Source of the DNA: Victivallales bacterium
GTDB lineage: Bacteria > Verrucomicrobiota > Lentisphaeria > Victivallales > GWF2-38-69
NCBI GenBank assembly: GCA_021733985.1
Contig: JAIPJT010000007.1
Location: 10,854 to 74,853 of the forward strand
Direction of reading: 5' to 3'
DNA length: 64,000 nt
The notes under the pieces are model-generated. The model was not told where the DNA came from. It was given only the letters and a program-made list of their open reading frames with translations, and made no database searches. Below are positions 9,021 to 19,207 of the stretch, one piece after another (position 1 is the first letter of the stretch; each line of letters opens with the position of its first letter). Position numbers and translations under genes: made by a program.

Positions 9021-9711
9021 CACTACCGCCTAGTACGCCGGCACGAAGCAGGAAGTAAAGGAGTGTAAGCAGCGCACTTACAGCAGCAGCGACATATGTG
9101 AGAAAAGCTGCATTAAGAACCTCGCCAGCCTGTTCAGATTCCTGTTGTGTCACAATTCCTGCACTTACCATATTTTTTTTTGCACGGGCGCTTGCATCCC
9201 ATTCGACGGGGAGTGTGACTACTGAGAAAAGAACAGACACACTGAAGAGTATCGCGCCGAGAAGAATCAGTTTAGCTGACATGAAGAAACCTGCTAAAAT
9301 AAAAATGTATGAAATGCTTGTGCAGAAATTAGTTGCGGGGACCATCATTGTCCTGAGTTTTAACGGTGCATAGGCCTTTGCATGCTGTAGAGCGTGTCCG
9401 GCTTCATGACATGCGACGCCTATAGAAGACAGACTGTTTCCGTTGTAAACATCGTTTGACAGATGCAATGTTTTGTCCGCGGGGTTGTAATGGTCAGATA
9501 AAAAACCGTTAGTCATTTCAATTTTTACATCATAGATTCCGGAAGAGTTGAGCATTCGCCGCGCGGCCGAAGCGCCCGAGACCCTTGTAGAAGCTGCTAC
9601 TTTAGAATATTTGGCAAATGTTGATTTTGTATAAAATGAAGCTGCCATAGCAAGCAGAAGCCCCGGGAGGGCAAACAACAGATAAGCTGGGTCAAACCAT
9701 ATAAAAGGCAT
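9013..9711 (-). CDS. Membrane-bound putative neutral zinc metallopeptidase (YugP/PF04298-like)
   Basis: HEAGHALQH zinc motif between N- and C-terminal TM helices, 232 aa. A strong SD (AAAGGAGGA) lies upstream. Confidence 0.75.
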   Translation of the reverse strand: MPFIWFDPAYLLFALPGLLLAMAASFYTKSTFAKYSKVAASTRVSGASAARRMLNSSGIYDVKIEMTNGFLSDHYNPADKTLHLSNDVYNGNSLSSIGVACHEAGHALQHAKAYAPLKLRTMMVPATNFCTSISYIFILAGFFMSAKLILLGAILFSVSVLFSVVTLPVEWDASARAKKNMVSAGIVTQQESEQAGEVLNAAFLTYVAAAVSALLTLLYFLLRAGVLGGSDS

Positions 9712-9812
9712 TTTTAATCCTCCTTTTCAGTTAAAAAGTGTTTAAAACAGAATTCAGTAGAAAATAATATATGAATACCTACGGCTAATTCCAGTTTAAA
9801 CGTTGAATATGC

Positions 9813-10436
9813 TTAAAAGTTTTGAAATAAAGCAAAGCTCATTAGTTTCGCATCAACTTTATCTCCTTCATTTTCTGCGTTCTGGAGGAATTCTGTCAGT
9901 TTTCCTATATCCTCAGCGTAGACCTCTATATCTTCTGTCGGTTCGTTATTCTGCTGAGGATTTTTGTTTTGTACAGCTGTTTCATCAACTACAACAAATG
10001 CAATAGAGACTGTTTCATCTGTCAACCCTGGTGTATTGTAAACAGGTTGTGTCAGGCTGATGATTCTGCCGCAGTAACCAGTTTCTTCATATAATTCCCT
10101 TAGTGCTGCAGTTTCGGCACTTTCGCCATCGTCTATTAATCCGGCGGGAAATTCAAATATATAACTCTCTACAGGCGGTCTGTACTGTCGAATTAAAATA
10201 ACTCTCTCAGAAGGTTTCAGTTTTGCTATTATTACAACTGCACCTCTGTCCTGAGTTCTCTTTACATATTCCCATTTTCTGATGTTTCCTTCTATATCAC
10301 GGAATACAATTTTCTCAAACTGTAGCCATTTCCCTTTGTAGACCGTACTGCAATTTAGGGTTTCAGGAGTATTTTTCACTTTTTTCAGCCCTTTTTTTGT
10401 TTTTTTAAAAATATTCAGACTTGATTTTATAAACAC
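9813..10436 (-). CDS. NUDIX hydrolase (ADP-ribose pyrophosphatase-like)
   Basis: Nudix box GLIDDGESAETAALRELYEETGY. The ORF-track start is GTG and no in-frame ATG lies near the N-terminus, so the exact start is uncertain. Confidence 0.75.
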   Translation of the reverse strand: MFIKSSLNIFKKTKKGLKKVKNTPETLNCSTVYKGKWLQFEKIVFRDIEGNIRKWEYVKRTQDRGAVVIIAKLKPSERVILIRQYRPPVESYIFEFPAGLIDDGESAETAALRELYEETGYCGRIISLTQPVYNTPGLTDETVSIAFVVVDETAVQNKNPQQNNEPTEDIEVYAEDIGKLTEFLQNAENEGDKVDAKLMSFALFQNF

Positions 10437-10557
10437 TGGACATTATTATTAGCCAGTGAAAAGTTCAATCTAATCAAATTGATTTCTCCAGATTTCCGAT
10501 TTATAAAATATCCTTTATATTTATCTTATACAAAAAATCTTTATTTTTCTACTATAA

Positions 10558-11163
10558 ATGGCTTCCAACTACCTGAAAATTGGTTTAACCGGCGGAATAG
10601 GCTGCGGGAAAAGTACTGTGTCGGACTTTTATAAATCGTTAAACTGTATAATTGTTGACACAGATAAGATATGTCACGAAATCTATACAGCTGATCCCGG
10701 TTTTAAAAAAGAAGTTTTCAGACAATGGGGAGATAAGGTTTTAGATGAAAACAATGAAATTTTGAGGAAAGAGATAGCAAAAATCGTTTTTAATGATAAA
10801 AAAGAATTAAAATGGTTGAATAATTTAATCCATCCGCTAATTTTAGAAAAAGCTGAAAGTAAAGTTAAAAACGCTTCTTCCGAATTCAATTTTATCATCT
10901 TCGATGTTCCTCTTTTGTACGAGGTAGGATGGGAAGATCTATTTGAAAAAGTTATCTCTGTCTGGTCTCCGCAATATTTACAGCAAAAAAGGCTTAGAAA
11001 TCGTAACTGGAGCATCCGGGAAATAGATAACAGAATTAGGGTTCAATATTCAAATGATTATAAACTCGCTAAGGCTGACTACGGGATTATTAATTCAGGC
11101 TCTTTAAATCTGCTGAAACAACAATGTAAATTTATATTTAAAAAATTAATGAGGTTATTATGA
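10558..11163 (+). CDS. coaE: Dephospho-CoA kinase
   Basis: N-terminal P-loop [14 protein letters not shown], about 200 aa. The stop overlaps the rho ATG (ATGA). Confidence 0.85.
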   Translation: MASNYLKIGLTGGIGCGKSTVSDFYKSLNCIIVDTDKICHEIYTADPGFKKEVFRQWGDKVLDENNEILRKEIAKIVFNDKKELKWLNNLIHPLILEKAESKVKNASSEFNFIIFDVPLLYEVGWEDLFEKVISVWSPQYLQQKRLRNRNWSIREIDNRIRVQYSNDYKLAKADYGIINSGSLNLLKQQCKFIFKKLMRLL

Positions 11164-12704
11164 CTGACGATGAAAAAGAAAGCAAAAATACAGTAGTAAA
11201 AACAGATCGAACGAAAGAGGTAAAACCAAAAAATTCAAAGGAGTCTACACCTCCATCCGGTAATAAGGAGATCCAGGAATATACCACTGAGGGGCACTCT
11301 GGATATACAAATACTAACAATAATGGGAATAAGCCGTCATACAGCAAAACCGATTACAGAAAAAAAGGGAAAAGTGATAAACCGAGAAAAGAAAACGGCA
11401 AAAAGAATCTACCCAAAAAAGATGAACATCATTACCGCGATAAAACAGCACCCAGCCTGGACCTTGCCGAACTGCAGTCTAAAACTATGCGTGAACTTGC
11501 GGCTATGGGTAAAGAACTTGATATACTCGGAATAGGCACACTTGGGAAGCCGGAACTGATTTTCGAAATACTGAAAGCCAATGCAGAACAGAACGGATTG
11601 ATGTACGGTAGCGGACATTTAGAAATCCTTCCTGACGGATTCGGATTTCTAAGGTCGTTACACTACAGCTACCTCCCGTGTCCTGAAGACATTTACATGA
11701 GTCCATCTCAAATCAGAAGGTTTTCACTGAAAACAGGGGATTACATTACTGGACAGATAAGGCCGCCGCGCGAAAAAGAGCGATTTTTTGCAATGCTGAA
11801 AGTGGAATCAATTAATAATGAACCCACAGAAAAGAAAAAAGAAATTATACCTTTTAAGTCGCTGTCTCCATATTTCCCTACAAAAAGGCTCGTTCTTGAA
11901 AAAGAACCAAACGAATTAAGCACTAGAATTGTTGACCTGATAACACCTATAGGTAAGGGACAAAGAGGGCTTGTTGTGGCACCGCCGCGAACAGGAAAGA
12001 CTGTCCTGCTTCAGAAAATGGCAAACAGTATACTTACAAACAACCCGGAAGTATATCTTATTGTACTGCTGATCGATGAGCGCCCTGAAGAGGTTACAGA
12101 CATGAAGAGATATGTTGATGCTGAAGTAATTTCATCAACTTTTGATGAGCCTCCTGAAAGGCATGTGCAGGTTGCTGAAATGGTGATAGAAAAAGCGAAA
12201 CGCCTTGTCGAATATAAATGTGATGTAGTTATTCTGCTTGACAGCATTACACGTCTTGCAAGGGCGTATAATACTCTTCAGCCTCATAGCGGTAAAATAC
12301 TTTCAGGTGGGGTAGATGCCAATGCTCTGCATAAACCTAAGCGCTTTTTTGGTGCAGCAAGAAATATTGAAGAAGGCGGAAGTCTTACTATTTTATCCAC
12401 AGCCCTAATTGATACCGGAAGCAGAATGGACGAAGTTATTTTTGAAGAATTCAAAGGTACCGGCAATATGGAGCTTCACCTCGATAGACATCTTGTAGAT
12501 AAACGAATTTATCCGGCTATAAATATTGAAAAGAGCGGTACGAGAAAGGAAGAACTTCTTCTCCATCCGGATGAATTAGAAAAAGTATGGGCCCTGAGGA
12601 AAGCGCTCAACGAGGTGCCGCCTGCTGAAGCTATGGAATTAATATTAAGTAAGATGAAAAAAATTAAAACTAACATTGAATTTCTCATTACCTTGAACTT
12701 ATAA
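11160..12704 (+). CDS. rho: Transcription termination factor Rho with N-terminal low-complexity extension
   Basis: GFGFLR, Walker [32 protein letters not shown] and [29 protein letters not shown] motifs. 514 aa. Confidence 0.9.
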   Translation: MTDDEKESKNTVVKTDRTKEVKPKNSKESTPPSGNKEIQEYTTEGHSGYTNTNNNGNKPSYSKTDYRKKGKSDKPRKENGKKNLPKKDEHHYRDKTAPSLDLAELQSKTMRELAAMGKELDILGIGTLGKPELIFEILKANAEQNGLMYGSGHLEILPDGFGFLRSLHYSYLPCPEDIYMSPSQIRRFSLKTGDYITGQIRPPREKERFFAMLKVESINNEPTEKKKEIIPFKSLSPYFPTKRLVLEKEPNELSTRIVDLITPIGKGQRGLVVAPPRTGKTVLLQKMANSILTNNPEVYLIVLLIDERPEEVTDMKRYVDAEVISSTFDEPPERHVQVAEMVIEKAKRLVEYKCDVVILLDSITRLARAYNTLQPHSGKILSGGVDANALHKPKRFFGAARNIEEGGSLTILSTALIDTGSRMDEVIFEEFKGTGNMELHLDRHLVDKRIYPAINIEKSGTRKEELLLHPDELEKVWALRKALNEVPPAEAMELILSKMKKIKTNIEFLITLNL

Positions 12705-12777
12705 TAACAGTATTTGACATTTATAAGCAGAAAAAACATCAAATTAAAAAAAAACAAAAATGGAGTATTAAAGAAAA

Positions 12778-13029
12778 ATGGATACTGTAGTATGCCCTTA
12801 TTGCAACAGTGAGGTTGATGTTTCTTTAGTCGAAGCAGAAGAAGGCTGCTGCCCGGAGTGCGGATCGGTAATAACTCCTTCGTCCATCTTTGGGAATCCT
12901 TACGAGGATGCTTATGAAGATAACTATGATGGTGAAGACGATGTTTTCGAAGATGATGAAGATTTCCTTGATGCACTGGATGAAGATGATGAGTTTATGG
13001 ATGATATAGATAAAGATGGTGATTTCTAA
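12778..13029 (+). CDS. Small zinc-ribbon protein with poly-acidic C-terminal tail (hypothetical)
   Basis: CPYC..(15)..CPEC followed by about 40 residues dominated by D/E. No convincing SD at canonical spacing. Confidence 0.5.
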   Translation: MDTVVCPYCNSEVDVSLVEAEEGCCPECGSVITPSSIFGNPYEDAYEDNYDGEDDVFEDDEDFLDALDEDDEFMDDIDKDGDF

Positions 13030-13058
13030 TTTCTGTTGTTTCATGCAGCAAATTAAAA

Positions 13059-13355
13059 TTGATGTATATGAAAAAATTTCTCCAAATAATTTTTATAGCG
13101 CTTTTGGCTGCGCTTGCTGCAATTTCTGTAGCTCTAATATTTCCTGCATTCCATAAATACAAAACGATGAAAACGAGACAGCAGGAAGTAACTGAAGAAT
13201 TGAATAAACATAAAAATCAATGTATACAACTGAGAAGAGAGCTGCATAGCTTAGAGAACAATACAAAGAAAATTGAAAAAATAGCCAGAGAAAAATTTAA
13301 TTACTGCAAGCCTAAAGAAAAAATTTATAAATTCAATAAAGAAAAAATAGACTGA
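13059..13355 (+). CDS. Septum formation initiator (FtsB/DivIC-like)
   Basis: Single N-terminal TM helix, coiled-coil segment, and C-terminal [16 protein letters not shown] typical of FtsB/DivIC. The true start is probably the ATG at 13068 (MKKFLQ). Confidence 0.6.
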   Translation: MMYMKKFLQIIFIALLAALAAISVALIFPAFHKYKTMKTRQQEVTEELNKHKNQCIQLRRELHSLENNTKKIEKIAREKFNYCKPKEKIYKFNKEKID

Positions 13356-13369
13356 AAGAAAGAAAACTC

Positions 13370-13942
13370 ATGAATTTAAAAGGAAGCAAAACTGAAAAAA
13401 ACTTACTGACAGCCTTTGCCGGTGAGTCCCAGGCAAGAAACAGGTACACTTATTTTTCAGGCAAAGCCAGGAAAGAGGGGTTCAGACAGATAGCTGAAAT
13501 TTTTGAAGAAACTGCAAATCAGGAACGTGAACACGCAAAAAGATTATTTAAATTTTTACCGGGCGGAGAAGCCGAAATTTCAGCTTCTTTTCCTTCAGGT
13601 AAAATAGAAGATACAATCTCAAACCTTAAAGCTTCTGCCGGCGGTGAACATTACGAATGGACGGAAATGTATCCGGGTTTCGCAGAAACAGCACGAGAAG
13701 AAGGTTTTGAGATTATTGCTAAAGCTTTTGAATCCATTGCAGTGGCCGAAAAACAACACGAAAGGCGTTATCTTGCTCTTGCTGAAAATATAGCCGAAGG
13801 TAAAGTTTTCAAAAAAGATGATACGGTTACATGGCGCTGTTTAAACTGCGGTTACATTCATGAAGGTACCGAAGCACCTGAAATTTGTCCTGCATGTGCG
13901 CATCCTAAGGCTCATTTCGAATTACTTAAAGAAAATTATTAA
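13370..13942 (+). CDS. rbr: Rubrerythrin
   Basis: Ferritin-like diiron domain (QEREHAK, EKQHERR) plus a C-terminal rubredoxin-like CLNC..CPAC. Confidence 0.9.
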   Translation: MNLKGSKTEKNLLTAFAGESQARNRYTYFSGKARKEGFRQIAEIFEETANQEREHAKRLFKFLPGGEAEISASFPSGKIEDTISNLKASAGGEHYEWTEMYPGFAETAREEGFEIIAKAFESIAVAEKQHERRYLALAENIAEGKVFKKDDTVTWRCLNCGYIHEGTEAPEICPACAHPKAHFELLKENY

Positions 13943-13980
13943 CTTGAAGTTATATTAAAAGCAGTTATAGATTTGTATTA

Positions 13981-14015
13981 AAAAAGGATAAGCATTGACA
14001 GCTTATCCTTTTTTA
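13981..14015. terminator. Bidirectional rho-independent terminator candidate
   Basis: AAAAAGGATAAGC-attgaca-GCTTATCCTTTTT is a perfect stem flanked by A- and T-runs. It lies between the convergent rubrerythrin and DtxR-family genes. Confidence 0.55.
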
Positions 14016-14059
14016 TATTCATATACTTGGTGATTAAAAACCTTCATTATTAAACCAAA

Positions 14060-14494
14060 TCAATTTATATACTTCTTGAAATCTTCAATGATGTTACAGT
14101 CGGTTCTTTGAGAATACTCCCTTAAAAATATATTAAACTGCAGCAGCCGTTCTTTAAGCTTATCATCAATAACATGTTCTAATTTGCATGCTGTATTTTC
14201 TGAATATCCAGAGTCAAACCCAAGGATATTCCTGAAAAAATCAGAAAAAACCTTATGCCTTTTATCAAGTAATTCAGCAATTTTCCTACCTTTAGATGTC
14301 AGAGTTACAGGTTGTCGGTGCTTATGATTTACCAGATTGAGTTCTTCAAGATGGCGCAATGCTTCTGTAACAGTAGGCATACTGACATTCAGCCTGTTTG
14401 CAATATTTTTCACATGAGCATGAGAATGCTCTTCAGAAAGCTCATAAATTACTTCAATATAGTTTTGCTGGGCTTCTGAAAGTTTATTAACCAT
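14060..14494 (-). CDS. DtxR/MntR-family metal-dependent transcriptional regulator
   Basis: N-terminal winged HTH (VKNIANRLNVSMPTVTEALRHLEE) and dimerisation/metal-site helices typical of DtxR/MntR. 144 aa. Confidence 0.8.
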   Translation of the reverse strand: MVNKLSEAQQNYIEVIYELSEEHSHAHVKNIANRLNVSMPTVTEALRHLEELNLVNHKHRQPVTLTSKGRKIAELLDKRHKVFSDFFRNILGFDSGYSENTACKLEHVIDDKLKERLLQFNIFLREYSQRTDCNIIEDFKKYIN

Positions 14495-14517
14495 ACTAAA
14501 TAAGTATCCTATGCTGT

Positions 14518-15081
14518 TTATCTTTTTTTTCTGAATTTACGGATATATTTAAAACAGGCATATACAACTATTATAATTCCTGCAATTATTATATCGTATT
14601 CTTTTGTTTTAAAAAAGAAACTTTCTATGGCGTGTCCGAAACAGAAACCGAGGAACACAAGCAGAACTGTAATAATTATGACGGCTATAATATCATAGAT
14701 AAGGAATTTTATTTTATTATATTTTAGTAAACCTATTACTATTGGAGCAATAAACCTGAATCCCGGTATTAATCTTGAAAACAGTATCACTGAAAAAGGT
14801 GATCTGTTAAATTTTTCCTTTATTCCATTAATCGTTTTTTCATTATCGACTTCTTTATTTTTATTTTGACGTTCTTTTTTGATGAAGAAACCGCCAAAAT
14901 AGAAAAGCAGCTGACTGATAATAAATCCCCCAATGAATGCACAAATGATGACCATAGGTATTTCAAGTACACCGTGATGTGCTAATATGCCGGCAGCAAA
15001 GATAACGGCGTTGCCAAGTATTATTACAGCCAACGGGATTGCGTAATATCCATATTCAGCTATTATTTTTTCTATAGTCAT
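14518..15081 (-). CDS. DedA/SNARE-associated family membrane protein
   Basis: Polytopic membrane protein with a DedA-like re-entrant motif (FSRLIPGFRFIAPIVIGLLK). Confidence 0.55.
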   Translation of the reverse strand: MTIEKIIAEYGYYAIPLAVIILGNAVIFAAGILAHHGVLEIPMVIICAFIGGFIISQLLFYFGGFFIKKERQNKNKEVDNEKTINGIKEKFNRSPFSVILFSRLIPGFRFIAPIVIGLLKYNKIKFLIYDIIAVIIITVLLVFLGFCFGHAIESFFFKTKEYDIIIAGIIIVVYACFKYIRKFRKKR

Positions 15082-15130
15082 AAAAACGAGTTATTGAAGT
15101 TTTATTTGTAATAATTAAAAGAAAAGTTCC

Positions 15131-16261
15131 TTATATAAACAGATCCCATATCCAGCTTCTCTTTAATTTGATCGCTTTAAAGGGGCAGGTTTCGATACAG
15201 CACATGCATAATATGCATTTTTTGTTTTTTACTTTGTATTTATTATTTTTTTTATAAATAGCCGACTGGCTGCATTCTTCCATACACTTACCGCATTTTA
15301 CACATTTTTTGCTGTCAATTTTTGGGCGGCAGGATGTAATATAAGAGACAATGAAGAAAAGTTTTTCCGGGATTTTATAGAAAACATCCGAGAGAAATGC
15401 TTTTTTTGCCTTCAAGGCTTTAATCGTGTGCCATGCGTCGCCTGTTTTTTCTATCCTGTCACTGTCAATAATGCCAAAACCTGCTTTAGCGGCTTCTTTG
15501 ATTATTAGTATATCTTCCGGTTTATAACCGTAAACAGAGCAAGCTGCGGCGTCGACAGCAACTCCGTCTTTTCCAGCAAGTATAATGCCGGTCTGAACGG
15601 GTTTGCCTGTATTGGGACCTTCTCCTTCCATGGACTCAACTGCATCCATAAGAACAAAATCCGGCTTTAATGTATCGTAAAGTTTTGCTATGAATTTTGA
15701 CATTTTTCGTGGAGAAGGATGCGTGCCGTGAAAGTGAGTTTTTGCTTTCCCTGGAATCATGCCGTAAGTATTTTTCACAGCTCCTGTTATTTTTGTTAAT
15801 AGATGTGTCTTGAGTTTTGGGACTGATATTACGGCATCAAAATCATCTATTTCTTTAAGTACAGGTATGACGAGGTCGTTATCTATAGTTACTGTTTTTG
15901 TATTTTCAAATGCAAGAAGTTGTACATTTTCTGTTCTGGCTAAATCAGACATCCCGGTAATATCCCAGAGCTTTTTCCAGTCGTGAGAACCGGCAGGGCT
16001 GTCGCCGATTGTAATGTCTGTTATATTAACGGACTTTAAATAATGGATTAGTCCTTTGATTACGGAAGGATGGGTTGTAACTGCATTTTCAGGGCTTTTA
16101 GCGGTTAATAAATTCGGATTGATCAATACTTTGGTTCCGGGTTTGATCTTTTTCGGCAAACCGCCTGAGGCTGTAATGGCTTTTTTAACTTTATCGATAA
16201 CTGTTGCAGGGTTGTAGTTATCACAGTATAAAGCTGATACGATTGTTTTTTGTGTATTCAT
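15131..16261 (-). CDS. DUF362-domain protein with C-terminal 2x[4Fe-4S] ferredoxin motifs
   Basis: DUF362-like N-terminal region. C-terminal CVKCGKCMEEC and CILCMCCIETCP cluster motifs. Confidence 0.7.
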   Translation of the reverse strand: MNTQKTIVSALYCDNYNPATVIDKVKKAITASGGLPKKIKPGTKVLINPNLLTAKSPENAVTTHPSVIKGLIHYLKSVNITDITIGDSPAGSHDWKKLWDITGMSDLARTENVQLLAFENTKTVTIDNDLVIPVLKEIDDFDAVISVPKLKTHLLTKITGAVKNTYGMIPGKAKTHFHGTHPSPRKMSKFIAKLYDTLKPDFVLMDAVESMEGEGPNTGKPVQTGIILAGKDGVAVDAAACSVYGYKPEDILIIKEAAKAGFGIIDSDRIEKTGDAWHTIKALKAKKAFLSDVFYKIPEKLFFIVSYITSCRPKIDSKKCVKCGKCMEECSQSAIYKKNNKYKVKNKKCILCMCCIETCPFKAIKLKRSWIWDLFI

Positions 16262-16369
16262 ATTATTACTGGTAATTTTTAATAGTTTAGATATGTTTAT
16301 GTATAATATTATATACCAGAAATTAAGATTTATCGAATATTACTTTTATTATAATTAAAACAAAATAGT

Positions 16370-16990
16370 ATGCAGATAACAATATATAAGATTGAAAAGA
16401 AAGGTAAATATTATTACCTGAGAACTAATGACTCTGATAAAACTTTGAAAATTCTTTCAGAAGTATGTGAGGAATATTTTTTAAGAGCTGGGAAAAGGCT
16501 GGATTCAGTTAAACTTCAGGAAATTTTAAAAAAAAATGAGTATAGGTTATGTATGAATACTGCGCTTGACATCCTGAAAAGAAGAATTCACAGCGAATAT
16601 GAGCTTAAAATTAAACTTAGTAAAAAGTTCAGGAAATATTATGTAGATGAGGTTATTGATAAATGTCACGAGCTTAATCTGCTTGACGATAATTATTATA
16701 CAGAATGTTATATTCAGGAACTCAAAAATCGTGGCTGCGGCAGTTTTAAAATCTTTTTAGCACTGAAACAGAAAGGTATAGATCAGGAATTAATAAATAA
16801 ATTTAAAGATATTATTAGTAATAAAAACGAGGAGGAGGAAAGAGCGTTAGAGCTTTCAGAAAAAAAACTTAATATGTTAAAAAATATTCCAGAAGAGAAG
16901 AAAAAAAATAAACTTTTCAGGTATCTTATCTCAAAAGGGTTCTCATATGAAACGGCTTACACTGTTTTAAAGAAAGTAATGGATGAATAA
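16370..16990 (+). CDS. recX: RecX-like regulatory protein
   Basis: About 200-aa helical-repeat protein with RecX-like segments (RIHSEYELKIKLSKK, LNLLDDNYYTECYIQ, LISKGFSYETA). Confidence 0.6.
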   Translation: MQITIYKIEKKGKYYYLRTNDSDKTLKILSEVCEEYFLRAGKRLDSVKLQEILKKNEYRLCMNTALDILKRRIHSEYELKIKLSKKFRKYYVDEVIDKCHELNLLDDNYYTECYIQELKNRGCGSFKIFLALKQKGIDQELINKFKDIISNKNEEEERALELSEKKLNMLKNIPEEKKKNKLFRYLISKGFSYETAYTVLKKVMDE

Positions 16991-17071
16991 AAATAAATAC
17001 AATTCGAAAATAAATATTAAAAGGTTATATTTAATGAAATATTTAAATTATACTGATTATATACAGGTTAT

Positions 17072-18886
17072 ATGAAAAAGAGAGTAGACAAAAATAATAT
17101 CAGAAATTTTTCTATAATTGCACATATTGATCATGGAAAGTCTACCTTGGCAGACAGGATTCTTCAGGCGACTTTTTCTGTTAATGAGCGCGATTTTCAC
17201 GATCAGATTCTTGATGATATGGATCTGGAACAGGAGAGGGGAATTACAATCAAATCACATCCTGTCAGGATGAATTATGTCAAAGAAAACGGTGGAGAAT
17301 ACGAACTTAATTTAATCGATACTCCCGGACATGTGGATTTTTCTTATGAAGTAAGCAGGTCACTTGCGGCATGTGAAGGAGCACTATTACTGATAGATGC
17401 TGCACAGGGAGTGCAGGCTCAAACTGTGGCCAATGCTAAACTGGCTATGCAGCAGAACCTTGTTATAATCCCGGTTATTAATAAAATAGACCTCCCTGCT
17501 GCAAATATTGAAATGTGTTATGAACAGCTCGAGGAAATCCTCGCAATACCTAAAGAAGAAGTATTGCTTGTCAGTGCAAAAGACGGTACCGGTGTAACAG
17601 CAGTACTTCAGGCTATTGTAGAACTTATACCCCCTCCGGAAAAGCCGTACGGAGTGAAAGGTACTAGCGCACTGATATTTGATTCAAATTATAATGCCTA
17701 CAGGGGAGTGGTAAATTATATAAAAGTCGTAAGCGGGTATTTGCGGAAAGGACATAAAATACGCCTGTTCAGCAATGATATAGAAAGTGAAATCAAAGAG
17801 GTTGGTTATTTTAAACTGGGAATGAATGCTTCTGAAAAACTTAATGAAGGCTCTGTAGGTTATATTATAGCAAATATTAAATCGCCGGGCGACACAAAGA
17901 TAGGAGACACTTTAACCAGGATTGATGACATCAGCAGTAAACCGCTGCCCGGTTTCAAGGAAATAAAGCCGATGGTATTCAGCGGAATTTATCCGGTGGA
18001 TACTGCTGATTATGAACAGCTGAAGGCCAACATGGCTAAACTGCAGCTTAATGATGCGGCATTTGATTATCAGGCAGAAAGTTCTGTAGCACTGGGATTT
18101 GGTTTCAGATGCGGTTTTCTCGGCCTGCTTCATATGGAAATTGTTCAGGAAAGGCTGAGAAGAGAATATAATATGGATATTATATCTACATATCCGAGCG
18201 TAATATATTATGTTTACCTGAAGGATGGAAAACTTGAAAAAATTGATAACCCGATAAATTTGCCTGATGTCACAAAGATTGACCGGATTGAGGAACCTGT
18301 AATTAAGGCTGATATACTGTCACCCAACGATTATATAGGAGAAGTAATGAATCTTGTTATGACCAAACGAGGTGAGTGTACGTCAACAGAGTCCGTCGAT
18401 GGTAATCATGTTATGATTGAGGCTGTTATTCCTTTACATGAAATTCTTATAGACTTTCATGACAAACTTAAATCTGTAACCAGAGGCTACGGAAGTCTTG
18501 ATTATGAATCGTTTGGTTATCAGAAGGCTGATTTAGTTAAAATGGATATACTTATTAACGGAGAATCTGTAGATGCCTTTTCATCAATTGTTCATAGGGA
18601 TATGGCTGAGTCACGCGGAAGACAGATAGCTGAAAGGTTAAAAGAGGTTATACCTCAGCAGATGTTCCAGGTGCCAATACAGGCTGCTGTCGGGGGAAAG
18701 GTTATTGCAAGAGAGACTATTAAACAGTTAAGAAAAAATGTACTTGCTAAATGCTACGGCGGCGATGTTACACGGAAAAGAAAGCTGCTTGAGAAGCAGA
18801 AGGCGGGAAAAAAGAAAATGAAGCAGATTGGCAAGCTTAATGTCCCGCAGGAAGCTTTTGTTGAAGTGCTGAAAACATCTAAATAA
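17072..18886 (+). CDS. lepA: Elongation factor 4
   Basis: G motifs AHIDHGKST, DTPGH and NKID, plus the LepA-specific C-terminal domain. 604 aa. Confidence 0.95.
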   Translation: MKKRVDKNNIRNFSIIAHIDHGKSTLADRILQATFSVNERDFHDQILDDMDLEQERGITIKSHPVRMNYVKENGGEYELNLIDTPGHVDFSYEVSRSLAACEGALLLIDAAQGVQAQTVANAKLAMQQNLVIIPVINKIDLPAANIEMCYEQLEEILAIPKEEVLLVSAKDGTGVTAVLQAIVELIPPPEKPYGVKGTSALIFDSNYNAYRGVVNYIKVVSGYLRKGHKIRLFSNDIESEIKEVGYFKLGMNASEKLNEGSVGYIIANIKSPGDTKIGDTLTRIDDISSKPLPGFKEIKPMVFSGIYPVDTADYEQLKANMAKLQLNDAAFDYQAESSVALGFGFRCGFLGLLHMEIVQERLRREYNMDIISTYPSVIYYVYLKDGKLEKIDNPINLPDVTKIDRIEEPVIKADILSPNDYIGEVMNLVMTKRGECTSTESVDGNHVMIEAVIPLHEILIDFHDKLKSVTRGYGSLDYESFGYQKADLVKMDILINGESVDAFSSIVHRDMAESRGRQIAERLKEVIPQQMFQVPIQAAVGGKVIARETIKQLRKNVLAKCYGGDVTRKRKLLEKQKAGKKKMKQIGKLNVPQEAFVEVLKTSK

Positions 18887-19207
18887 TGAAGGACTTTATT
18901 AGGTCTTAGACAATACAATAGAGTCTGAAATCTGTGGTCTGTGATTGAAAAGTGCTAATGTCAAAAAAATTTAATTGAATTACTTAAAACTAAATCCTAA
19001 CATTATATTATACCCAAAACGATTTGGTTTATTTATCCATCACACCATACGGTATGACCTGTATCGAATGATAAGGTCGATATATAAAGTGTATGTCCAA
19101 GTTCATTTACGAAGGACAAAAACCATAAAATCGCATACGCTTGTGTATACTGTGGATAACATTTTTGTGTAACACCCGAATTATCTAAAAAAAACAGAAC
19201 GAAAGGG

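Noticed and set aside
12509-12976. 155-aa minus-strand ORF spanning the rho 3' end and the zinc-ribbon gene
   Set aside because: It overlaps two better-supported plus-strand genes. Its His/Leu/Lys-rich low-complexity translation looks like frame noise.
18887-19207. Possible degenerate family-1 left end (TAATGTCA..AATTGAATTAC, ~18955-18990) in the lepA-lepB spacer
   Set aside because: The similarity requires a 10-nt gap and lies in very AT-rich sequence, so it is indistinguishable from chance by eye. Only the AACACCCGAATTAT motif at 19171 is mentioned, under the family-3 finding.
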